DNA from: an uncultured bacterium
GTDB lineage: Bacteria > Krumholzibacteriota > Krumholzibacteriia > LZORAL124-64-63
Length of the DNA: 64,000 nucleotides
Assembly (NCBI GenBank): GCA_963732385.1
Contig: CAVSZB010000003.1
Location: 96,001 to 160,000, forward strand
Direction: 5' to 3'
The translations under genes and the position numbers were made by a program. Below, piece after piece: positions 17,594-26,193 of the stretch. The notes beneath the pieces are model-generated. The model was not told where the DNA came from and did not search any database. It saw only the letters and a list, made by a program, of their open reading frames with translations. Position 1 is the stretch's first letter. Every line of letters begins with the position of its first letter.

Positions 17594-20500
17594 TCAGCGC
17601 CCTCGTTTCCGCCGGGACGTGGCCAGCAGGCCGCGCGCGGTGTCGGCGAGGTCGTGGGTGTAGGGGTTGGCGTCGAGCCCCTTCACGGCCGATTCGAGGA
17701 TCGGGACCGCCTCATCGTAGCGGCCGAGATCGACCAGGCAGCGGCCCAGGTCGGAGCGGGCGCCCCAGCGCTGCCAGTCGTCGGGAGAGAGCACGCTGTC
17801 GCGGATGGCGACACATTCGCGCAGGGCCTCCGCCGCCCCCGCATGATCGCCCCGGTCGTGCAGCACGTCGCCCCTGGTGTGGAGCGAATAGGCGACTTCG
17901 GCGTGCGTGTCGCCGAACAGGCGGCGGCGCATGGCGAGGCCGGCGGCCAGCAGGGAATCGCTTGCGGCCTGTGCCCCCCTGGCCGCGACCGCCTTGCCCA
18001 GGGCGTTGAGGGTGGCGGCGATGTAGGGCTGGTCGCCCCCCTGCGCGCGCTCGTGCAGTTCGAGGGCCAGCCGGAAGGGCGGCTCGGCGGCCTTGTTGTC
18101 GCCCATGTCCTGCAGCTTGGCGCCCCAGTTGTAGTAGGCGATCACCGCGGCCTGATGGGTGTCGCCGTAGAGGCGGCGCGAGGAGCCGGCGATGAGGCCG
18201 AGCATGGCGGACGATTTCCGGTAGCGGCGTTGATCGTTGAAGAGATTGGCGAGCACCGTCATGGTGGAGATGGTGCGGGTGTGGTCGGGGCCAAGCCGGC
18301 GCCGGCTGGTGGCCAGGGTGTGGTCGAGGAGGGTCTCGGCCTCGGCGTAGCGCTTCAGGCCGACCAGGGCGGAGCCCAGGTTGATCAGCGAGAGCAGGGT
18401 TTCGGGGTTCTCGGGGCCGAAGATCCGGCTGTTCGTCTGCGCGAGCTCGCGGTGCGCCGCCTCGGCCTCTGCGAACCGGCCCAGGCGGGTGAAGAAGACC
18501 GCCTGGTTGTTCTTGAGTTTGATCGTCTCGGGGTGGTCGGGGCCGTAGATGCGGATCGCCGCTGCCACAGCTTCCTGGTGAAGGCGCACCGCCTCGTCGG
18601 CCCTCCCCGTCCGCTCCAGGATGTAGGCGAGGGTGCCCTTGGCGGCGATGGTCTGCGGATGGTCCTCGCCCAGCGTTGCCGTCCGGGTCGCCACGACCTC
18701 CCCGGCGAGCGCGGCCGCCTCGTCGAGGCGCCCCGCGCCGAAGTAGACGACGGCCAGGTTGGATTTCGCCGCCAGGAGCGCGTCCGGCTCCGCCCCGGGG
18801 CTGTGCTGGAGTCCGGCCAGGGCCGCCTCGCAGAACTCGAGCGCCTCCTTCTGGTTGCCGACGCGGTTGAGTAGGCCGCCCAGATCGACCATGGTCGCCA
18901 GGGCGACCTTATCGTCGGGGCCGAGCTCGCGCCGGGCGTCGTCGAGCACGGCGCGCAACTGCTTCTCCGCTTCGGCGTGTTGTCCGGCGCGTGCGCTCGT
19001 CTGGCCGATCAGCCGTCGCGTGGTCAGCGTGGCGGCGTTGCCCGGGCCGAACAGGGCGGTCTGCAGCGAGTCCGCGCGCTGGAGGTTCGTGGCGGCCTCG
19101 GGAAACTTGCCCAGGGCCGAGTAGGTGACTCCCAGGGTCCGGCGGATCGCCGCCTCCACCTCGGGCTGGTCGGTCAGTTCGGCGCGTGTCCGCTTCGCGG
19201 TGTTGGACAGGATCTCTTCGAGCAGCGCCGTGTCGCGACCGCGGGCGGAGGCGGGGGTGATCCCGCCGAGCATCGACTGCAGGAACTCGGTGGTCTTTTC
19301 GGCCTTGGCCGCCTGTACGGTCGTGCGATCCCGCTCGCGGGAGAGGCGTCCCGCCTGCACCGTCATCGTCACCGCCAGAGCCGCAAGCATCAGCACCAGC
19401 GCCCCGCTGGCGGCGAACGCGCCCCGGTTGCGCCGCACCAGCCTGCCGAGACGGTACGAGGTGCTGGGCGGGCCGGCGGTGACCGGCTCGCTGCGCAGGT
19501 GGCGCCGCAGGTCGGCCGCCAGCCCGTTCGCCGTTTCGTAGCGCCGGTCGCGGTCCTTCTCCAGCGCTTTCATCGTGATCCAGTCCAGGTCGCCGCGCAG
19601 TTCGCTCTGCAGGCGCTTCGGCGCGCTGCCGTGCTCTTCCGCCACGGCCGTGGCCCGGTCCCCGAGGCTGCCGAACCGCGTACTAGGCCGCGGCGGGTCC
19701 TGCTCCCGGATGATCCTGCGGATCGCTTCGTAGCCGGCCTTGCGCAGCTCCCCCGACTCGAACGGGAGCGTCCCGACGAGCAGCTCGTACAGCACCACGC
19801 CCAGGGCATAGACGTCGGTCCGCGTGTCGATGTCGTCGTCCGTCAGCGAGGCCTGTTCCGGGCTCATGTACTCCGGCGTGCCGATCAGCTGGCCCATCTG
19901 CGTGAACATCGTCAGCTCGGTCAGCCGCTGGGTGGTGGCCTTGGCCACGCCGAAGTCGATGATCTTCGGCGCCGGCCGTCCGTCCACCTCCGCGACGAGG
20001 ATGTTCGACGGCTTCAGATCGCGGTGGATGACCGCCTTCTGATGGGCGTGCTGAACGCCGGCGCAGACGCGCACGAACAGTTCGAGCCGCTCGCGCGTGT
20101 CCAGCCGCCGGCGGTTGCAGTAGTCGGTGATCGGTTCGCCCTCGACATACTCCATGACGAAGAACGGCCGGCCGCGCCCGGTGGCGCCGGCGTCGAATAC
20201 CCTGGCGATGCACGGGTGGTCCATCATGGCGAGCGCCTGCCGCTCGGCGTCGAAGCGCGCCACGACGGCGCGCGTGTCCATTCCCTGCTTGATCACCTTG
20301 AGGGCGACGCGGCGGCGGATCGGCTCGGTCTGCTCCGCCTCGAAAACCTCGCCCATGCCGCCTTCGCCGAGGCGGCGCACCAGACGGTAGGGGCCGATCA
20401 CGGTGCCGATGTTTTCGCCCGACGCGGTTGCGGCTGTGGGATCGGGCGGCAACGTGCGGTTGTCGTCCGGGCCGAAGGAAAGTGTGCGGTCGTCGGTCAT
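17594..20500 (-). CDS. Hanks-type Ser/Thr protein kinase with TM helix and C-terminal TPR repeats
   Basis: LGEGGMGEV, VALK, HRDLKPSN, DFG, GTPEYMSPEQ; TPRs with GPDHP motifs. Confidence 0.95.
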   Translation of the reverse strand: MTDDRTLSFGPDDNRTLPPDPTAATASGENIGTVIGPYRLVRRLGEGGMGEVFEAEQTEPIRRRVALKVIKQGMDTRAVVARFDAERQALAMMDHPCIARVFDAGATGRGRPFFVMEYVEGEPITDYCNRRRLDTRERLELFVRVCAGVQHAHQKAVIHRDLKPSNILVAEVDGRPAPKIIDFGVAKATTQRLTELTMFTQMGQLIGTPEYMSPEQASLTDDDIDTRTDVYALGVVLYELLVGTLPFESGELRKAGYEAIRRIIREQDPPRPSTRFGSLGDRATAVAEEHGSAPKRLQSELRGDLDWITMKALEKDRDRRYETANGLAADLRRHLRSEPVTAGPPSTSYRLGRLVRRNRGAFAASGALVLMLAALAVTMTVQAGRLSRERDRTTVQAAKAEKTTEFLQSMLGGITPASARGRDTALLEEILSNTAKRTRAELTDQPEVEAAIRRTLGVTYSALGKFPEAATNLQRADSLQTALFGPGNAATLTTRRLIGQTSARAGQHAEAEKQLRAVLDDARRELGPDDKVALATMVDLGGLLNRVGNQKEALEFCEAALAGLQHSPGAEPDALLAAKSNLAVVYFGAGRLDEAAALAGEVVATRTATLGEDHPQTIAAKGTLAYILERTGRADEAVRLHQEAVAAAIRIYGPDHPETIKLKNNQAVFFTRLGRFAEAEAAHRELAQTNSRIFGPENPETLLSLINLGSALVGLKRYAEAETLLDHTLATSRRRLGPDHTRTISTMTVLANLFNDQRRYRKSSAMLGLIAGSSRRLYGDTHQAAVIAYYNWGAKLQDMGDNKAAEPPFRLALELHERAQGGDQPYIAATLNALGKAVAARGAQAASDSLLAAGLAMRRRLFGDTHAEVAYSLHTRGDVLHDRGDHAGAAEALRECVAIRDSVLSPDDWQRWGARSDLGRCLVDLGRYDEAVPILESAVKGLDANPYTHDLADTARGLLATSRRKRGR

Positions 20501-20697
20501 GGATGGCTCCGATCGTCAGGGCGAAGGGGCGAGGCGGACAGGCGAGAACCAGACATAATCGCTCCTGTCTTATGATACTGAAGCGGCGGGATCGCGCACC
20601 TGGTCCGGCCGCTCTTCGCGACAGCGGTTGCCGCGCCGGCGGCAATACCCGATCATCGAGCCGGTTGGTTCGCTTTCCCCAGACCGGAGGCCTCAAA

Positions 20698-22317
20698 GTG
20701 AACGAATCCCCTCTTTTCGCCTTTCCCCGCGACGACGCGACGTTGGCGGCGCAGCGGCCTGCACCGGTCTTCCAGCGTTCCTGGCTGTTGTCCGGCGAAC
20801 TGCACCAGTGGCCGGGACCGGTGCACGAGGTGCTGTCGCCGATCTGTCTGCGGCAGCCGGACGGGACGCTGCGACAGGCGGAGATCGGACACTACCCCCT
20901 GCTCGGAGAGGCCGAGGCGCTGGCGGCGGTGAACGCGGCCGCGGCGGCTTACGACCAGGGACGGGGGGCGTGGCCCACCCTGCCGGTGGCGGCGCGGATC
21001 CGGGCGGTGGAGGACTTCGCGCTGCGGATGCGGGCGCAGCGGGAGGAGATGGTGCGGCTGCTGATGTGGGAGATCGGCAAGACGCGGGGGGACAGCGAGA
21101 AGGAGTTCGATCGCACTCTGCAGTACATCCGCGACACGATCGATGCCTTGAAGGATCTGGACCGCGTGTCGTCGCGATTCACGATCGCGGAGGGGATCCT
21201 CGCGCAGATCCGGCGGGCGCCGCTCGGGGTGACGCTCTGCATGGGGCCGTACAACTATCCGCTCAACGAGACTTTCACCACGCTCATCCCGGCCCTGCTC
21301 ATGGGGAACACAATCGTGTTCAAGCCGGCGAAGTTCGGGGTGCTGCTGCTGCGGCCGCTGCTGGAGGCGTTCCGCGATGCATTCCCGGCCGGCGTCGTCA
21401 ACACGGTCTACGGCGAGGGGCGCGTGATCATCGGTCCGATGCTGGCGTCGGGAAAGGTGGACTGTCTGGCGTTCATCGGGACGGCGCGCGTGGCTGACAC
21501 GCTGAAGAAGCAGCACCCGGCGCCGCACCGGCTGCGCTGCGTACTCGGGCTCGACGCCAAGAACCCGGCCATCATCCTGCCCGATGCCGATCTCGAGGCG
21601 GCGCTCAACGAATGCGTGCTCGGGGCGCTGTCGTTCAACGGGCAGCGCTGCACGGCGCTCAAGATCCTGTTCGTGCACGAGCAGGTGTACGAGGCTTTCC
21701 TGTCGGGCCTGGCGGCGCGCGTGGACGGGTTGCAGCGCGGTCTGCCATGGGAAGACGGCGTGCAGATCACGCCGCTGCCGGAGGCGGGCAAGAGCGCGTA
21801 TCTCGCCGGTCTCGTGGAGGATGCCGTGGCGCTGGGCGCGCGGGTGGTCAACCCGCTCGGGGCGCGGGCGGAGGGAACGTTCTTCACCCCGGCCGTCGTG
21901 GCTCCCGTGGACGCGCGCATGCGCCTGTGGCGCGAGGAGCAGTTCGGGCCGGTGGTGCCGGTGGCGCCGTTCCGGTCGGTGGACGAGCCGTTACGCTATA
22001 TCGTGGAGTCGAACTACGGGCAGCAGGTGAGCGTGTTCGGGCGTGACCCGGCGGCGATCGGGGCGCTGATCGATCCGCTGGTCAACCAGGTCAGCCGTGT
22101 CAACATCAACAGCCAGTGCCAGCGCGGACCGGATGTCTTCCCGTTCACGGGACGCAAGGACTCGGCCGAGGGGACGCTGTCGGTGTCGGATGCGCTGCGG
22201 GTCTTCTCGATCCGCGCTCTGGTGGCGGCGAAGGGGACCGACGGGAACAAGGCGCTCGTGACGGAGATCCTGCGTGAGCGGCGGTCGAACTGGCTGTCTA
22301 CGGATTTTCTGTTCTGA
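20698..22317 (+). CDS. gapN: Aldehyde dehydrogenase family, GapN-like non-phosphorylating GAP dehydrogenase
   Basis: PYNYPLNE, FKPAK, FNGQRCTA (catalytic Cys), EEQFGPV, FPFTGRKDS; GGAGG before GTG. Confidence 0.75.
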   Translation: MNESPLFAFPRDDATLAAQRPAPVFQRSWLLSGELHQWPGPVHEVLSPICLRQPDGTLRQAEIGHYPLLGEAEALAAVNAAAAAYDQGRGAWPTLPVAARIRAVEDFALRMRAQREEMVRLLMWEIGKTRGDSEKEFDRTLQYIRDTIDALKDLDRVSSRFTIAEGILAQIRRAPLGVTLCMGPYNYPLNETFTTLIPALLMGNTIVFKPAKFGVLLLRPLLEAFRDAFPAGVVNTVYGEGRVIIGPMLASGKVDCLAFIGTARVADTLKKQHPAPHRLRCVLGLDAKNPAIILPDADLEAALNECVLGALSFNGQRCTALKILFVHEQVYEAFLSGLAARVDGLQRGLPWEDGVQITPLPEAGKSAYLAGLVEDAVALGARVVNPLGARAEGTFFTPAVVAPVDARMRLWREEQFGPVVPVAPFRSVDEPLRYIVESNYGQQVSVFGRDPAAIGALIDPLVNQVSRVNINSQCQRGPDVFPFTGRKDSAEGTLSVSDALRVFSIRALVAAKGTDGNKALVTEILRERRSNWLSTDFLF

Positions 22318-22382
22318 GGGAGGTGCGCGGCGGGCCGCGCCACGGTGACGCCGCCCGCCGCCGAGAAAACGGAACGCGAATC

Positions 22383-22859
22383 CTACGCTTTGTCGCCCGT
22401 CTCCGAACCGCCCGGACCGTGCCTGTGCCCGTGCTGCCCGTGTCCGCAGCCGTGCGGACCACCGTGTGCGTGATCGACGCCGTGCTGGTGGCCGTGGCCC
22501 TGGCCGTGGTGGGCGCAGGCGCCGGCGGGATCGGCGCGGCGCAGCGACCCCTCAGCGAGAGCGGCCAGGGTCGCTTTCACATCGGAGCGGTCGCTGATCC
22601 AGACGTCGAGGCCCGATTCGCGCAGGCGGGTCAGGGCGCCCAGGCCGATGCCGCCGACGACCAGGGCGTCGAGCGGCTCGCCGCGCAGGGCGTCGAGCGG
22701 GCGGCACATGCCGTGGGCGTGGTGCTGGTTGCCGTTGGGGAGGGCGCGACAGGCGCTCGTCTCCGTATCGACGACCAGGAACAGCGGGGCCGAGCCGAAG
22801 TGGCCGCAGACAGGGCTGTCCAGGCCGCGGTCCTCGTTAACCGGGATGCAGACTTTCAT
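22383..22859 (-). CDS. NifB/NifX-family (FeMo-cofactor binding-like) protein with His-rich tail
   Basis: VCGHFGSAPLF, HAHGMC.P, GGIG.GA; C-terminal HG-rich tail. Confidence 0.85.
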   Translation of the reverse strand: MKVCIPVNEDRGLDSPVCGHFGSAPLFLVVDTETSACRALPNGNQHHAHGMCRPLDALRGEPLDALVVGGIGLGALTRLRESGLDVWISDRSDVKATLAALAEGSLRRADPAGACAHHGQGHGHQHGVDHAHGGPHGCGHGQHGHRHGPGGSETGDKA

Positions 22860-23212
22860 GCTTCCTTCCCTTCTCCGTTTCGCCAGCGGCAGCGGCCGTG
22901 GCCGCAGCCTCCGCTGCGGCTGTCGGGCCGGACCGGGCCACCTTCGATTCTCAGCGCTCGGCCATCGACGAGAGCGCTGGCGACTTTGCTCCGCGCCGAT
23001 TCCACGATCCGGCCGAACGTGGCGCGTGAGATTCCCATGCGCGTGGCCGCCTCCTCGTGATAGAGCCCCTCGCGGTCGGCGAGGCGGAGCGCCTCGAATT
23101 CGTCGAGCGTGACGACGACCTCGGCCAGTTCGCGCGTCGGGATGCCGGCCGGCTTGAACAGGGTCACGGCGGGATGACCGGCGACGCGACGGCAGCAGGG
23201 GGGCCTGGGCAT
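22856..23212 (-). CDS. DUF134 family DNA-binding protein
   Basis: MPRPPCCRRV, FKPAG, DEFEALRLAD, MGISRATFGRI; overlaps the next start (ATGA). Confidence 0.9.
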   Translation of the reverse strand: MPRPPCCRRVAGHPAVTLFKPAGIPTRELAEVVVTLDEFEALRLADREGLYHEEAATRMGISRATFGRIVESARSKVASALVDGRALRIEGGPVRPDSRSGGCGHGRCRWRNGEGKEA

Positions 23213-23236
23213 GGTGGCTACCTCCTCCGGAGATAA

Positions 23237-23250
23237 TAAGCATATGCTCA
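23237..23250. promoter_or_regulatory. Palindromic operator candidate upstream of the DUF134 gene
   Basis: TAAGCATATGCTCA with perfect core AGCATATGCT. Confidence 0.6.
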
Positions 23251-23547
23251 AAAGGTGTCAAGTGGGTGTTTGGGATGGCGCCCCTGGCGTCGGAAGCCGT
23301 CCGGGCAGGCGATATCGGGCGGCAAGGCCGGGCGGGAGCGCGTCCTATTTTCGTCAAGTGCGGCCCCGGGCCAGTCGATCACATCCCTTGGACGTTGCAG
23401 GACATTGGGTTCTGTGGCGTGAATGCCGGGCGTCGGTCAGTCTGCGCAGGAAGCGGCGTGATTGCCGTTGCCGGTCGACGGCGTTTGCTAGAAACTGTGC
23501 GCGGGCGCGCTCCGGCGGGTGTCAAAATGTGAAAGGCTTGCACAGTA

Positions 23548-25446
23548 ATGAGTTGTGCGAATCAAAACACGGGCGCAACGGGGGCGGCGCAGGCCGGGAC
23601 GCGCCGCGCCGGCGAAACGGTGGTGGCTACGGGCGGAGGGGCGGTTCCTCGCGAAGCGATTCAGGAGCAGTATACTTGGGATCTCTCGCCGGTTTTTAAC
23701 GACTGGGAGGCATGGGAGGCGGAGTTCGCGGCGATCGACGCGGCGCTGCCCCGTCTCGAGGCCCGCCGGGGCACGCTGGGGCGCTCTGCCCGGGACCTGC
23801 TGGCGGCACTCGAGGAGATCATGACGTGGCGGCGGCGACTCGGCGTGCTGCACGTCTACGCGTCGATGCGCAGCGACGAGGACACGCGCGTCGGCGAGCA
23901 CATCGCGCGCGACGGACGCTCCGACACGCTGGCGGTCTGCTTCGGCGAGGCGGTGGCCTGGTTCGAGCCGGAACTGCTGGTCATCCCGCCCGCGACCATC
24001 ACAGCTTTCCTCGAAAGCCTGCCGGAGTTGCGGCTGTACGGCCATTTCATCGACGACATCCAGCGCCTGAAGGAGCACACGCTCGATGCGGAGCGCGAGG
24101 AAATGCTTGCGGGCGCGGCGAACCTGGCGCGGGGCGCAGGCCAGGTGTTCAACGCGCTCAACAACGCCGACCTCGTGTTCGGCCCGGTGCGCGACGAGCA
24201 GGACCGCGAGGTCGAGCTGACCAAGGCGCGCTACGCGCGCTTCATCCGCTCCCCGGACCGGCGCGTGCGGCGTGTGGCGTACGAACAATTTCATGACGCC
24301 TACGGGGCGGTTATCAATACCCTCGCGGCCAATCTGGACGCGAACGTGCGCAACCACGTGTTCTTCGCGCGGGCCCGGAAGTTCTCCGGGACGCTCGAGG
24401 CTTCGCTGGGGCGCAACGCCATTCCGACGGAGGTCTTCCATTCGCTGGCGCGAACGGTAGACGACCACGTCGACACCGTCCACCGCTGGACGGCGCTCAA
24501 GCGGCGGGTGCTTGGCGTGGAGCGGCTGCACGACTACGATCTGTACGTGCCGCTCTTTCCGGAGGGGGAGTTCCGCTTCACGTACGACGAGGCGCAGGCG
24601 CTGCTTCTCGAGTCGCTGGCGCCGCTGGGGCCGGAGTATGTGGATGTGGTGCGGCGCGGTTTCGCCGAGCGCTGGATCGATGTCCATGAGAACGCCGGCA
24701 AGCGCAGCGGGGCCTACTCGAGCGGCGCTTACGGCACATCGCCCTACATCCTGCTCAACTGGTCCGACACGCCGCGCGACGTCTTCACGCTCGCCCACGA
24801 GATGGGCCACTCGCTGCATACGTGGCTCGCGACGAGGAACCAGCCGTACGTCTACGGGGACTACCCCATCTTCACGGCCGAGGTGGCCTCGACGCTGAAC
24901 GAAGCGCTGCTGCTGGATCACCTGCTCAAAGGCACGACTGACCGCGCCCGACGGTTGTTCCTGCTCGACCATTACATCTCGCAGATCAACGACACGGTCT
25001 TCCGGCAGACCATGTTCGCCGAGTTCGAGTACCGCATCCACCGTATGGGCGAAGAGGGCGAGACGCTCACGGCGGAGGTCCTCGACGCCCTGTATCTCGA
25101 GATGGTGGGGCGCTACTGGGGGCCGGACGTGGAGTTCGATCCGGCGCGCAGCGGACACACCTGGTGCCGCATCCCGCACTTCTATTACAATTTCTACGTC
25201 TACCAGTACGCCACCGCGTGCGCCGCCGCGACCACGCTCGCGCGCGGGATCCTGGCGGGCGAACCGGGCGCGCGGGACCGGTACCTCGGTTTCCTGCGCT
25301 CGGGCAGCAGTTGTTATCCGGTGGAAACGCTGCGGCGGGCGGGGGTCGATGTGACGACGCCCGCGCCGGTGGAGGGCGTGATCGCGCTGTTTGGCGAGCT
25401 GCTCGGGGAGATGGAGCGTTTGCTGGAGGGGAAGGAAGGGCGATGA
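23548..25446 (+). CDS. pepF: Oligoendopeptidase F (M3B)
   Basis: TWDLS, GKRSGAYS, TLAHEMGHSLH, AEVAST, RIPHFYYNFYVYQYA; start uncertain. Confidence 0.95.
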   Translation: MSCANQNTGATGAAQAGTRRAGETVVATGGGAVPREAIQEQYTWDLSPVFNDWEAWEAEFAAIDAALPRLEARRGTLGRSARDLLAALEEIMTWRRRLGVLHVYASMRSDEDTRVGEHIARDGRSDTLAVCFGEAVAWFEPELLVIPPATITAFLESLPELRLYGHFIDDIQRLKEHTLDAEREEMLAGAANLARGAGQVFNALNNADLVFGPVRDEQDREVELTKARYARFIRSPDRRVRRVAYEQFHDAYGAVINTLAANLDANVRNHVFFARARKFSGTLEASLGRNAIPTEVFHSLARTVDDHVDTVHRWTALKRRVLGVERLHDYDLYVPLFPEGEFRFTYDEAQALLLESLAPLGPEYVDVVRRGFAERWIDVHENAGKRSGAYSSGAYGTSPYILLNWSDTPRDVFTLAHEMGHSLHTWLATRNQPYVYGDYPIFTAEVASTLNEALLLDHLLKGTTDRARRLFLLDHYISQINDTVFRQTMFAEFEYRIHRMGEEGETLTAEVLDALYLEMVGRYWGPDVEFDPARSGHTWCRIPHFYYNFYVYQYATACAAATTLARGILAGEPGARDRYLGFLRSGSSCYPVETLRRAGVDVTTPAPVEGVIALFGELLGEMERLLEGKEGR

Positions 25447-26192
25447 CGGCGATGATAATGAAGCGCGGAGTTGGGAGCGGTTGGGTGGGAGTGACATTGG
25501 CGGTGTGGCTGGCGGTGCTGTTGGCGGCGGCCGGCTGCGGCCAGGAGCGGAAGGCGCAGGCGCCACCGGCCACGGCGCAGGCGCCACCGGCCACGGCGCA
25601 GGCGCCTGCGGCGACGGCCCGGACGCCCGCCAGCGAGGCGGCGGCGGAAAAGAAAGCGCCCGCCGGCGGCGAGGACGGACCGGTAGTAACGTCGAATAAC
25701 GATCTGAAGCCGGCCATCGGTGAGGTCCCCTTTACCTCGCGCGAGGCCGGATTCTCGGCCATTTTTCCGGCCGGCTGCCCGAAGATCAGTACGCGCAGCT
25801 ATCCCGGCGGAGCTGGCAATGCGCCGCCGGAGCTCGTGCAGTGTTATTGCGATCTGGCCGACCGCCCCAACGAAGGGGTGATGGTTGCGACCTATCTGGT
25901 CCTGCGCGACGAATGGGGCGGCCCTCCGAATCCGCGCAACGTGACGGCGCTCATCGAGGATCTGACGCGCAAGTTTCATCTGCGGGTCATGCAGCAGGGG
26001 CCGGTCAGACACCCCGACTACGATGGGGTGCGGGCCTTCTGCCGGGAGATCAATGGACAGGGCGAGATGTGGATCCAGGGCATGCTCGTCGGAGACCGGG
26101 TCTTTATCATGACGATGTGGAGTCGGGGCGCCGAAGGACTGACCGCGGCGCAGGCCACCAGGTTCTTCGAGAGTTTCCGGATCAAATCGTGA
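25443..26192 (+). CDS. Hypothetical lipoprotein
   Basis: Lipobox LAAAGC, Ala/Pro linker; ATGA overlap with the pepF stop. Confidence 0.75.
   Translation: MTAMIMKRGVGSGWVGVTLAVWLAVLLAAAGCGQERKAQAPPATAQAPPATAQAPAATARTPASEAAAEKKAPAGGEDGPVVTSNNDLKPAIGEVPFTSREAGFSAIFPAGCPKISTRSYPGGAGNAPPELVQCYCDLADRPNEGVMVATYLVLRDEWGGPPNPRNVTALIEDLTRKFHLRVMQQGPVRHPDYDGVRAFCREINGQGEMWIQGMLVGDRVFIMTMWSRGAEGLTAAQATRFFESFRIKS
25553..25606 (+). repeat. 21-bp in-frame tandem repeat (about 2.6 copies; AQAPPAT)
   Basis: GGCGCAGGCGCCACCGGCCAC x2 plus a partial copy. Confidence 0.9.
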
Positions 26193-26193
26193 G

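Noticed and set aside
22383..22859. Nitrogen fixation inferred from the NifB/NifX-like gene
   Set aside because: The family is widespread in non-diazotrophs and no nifHDK is present
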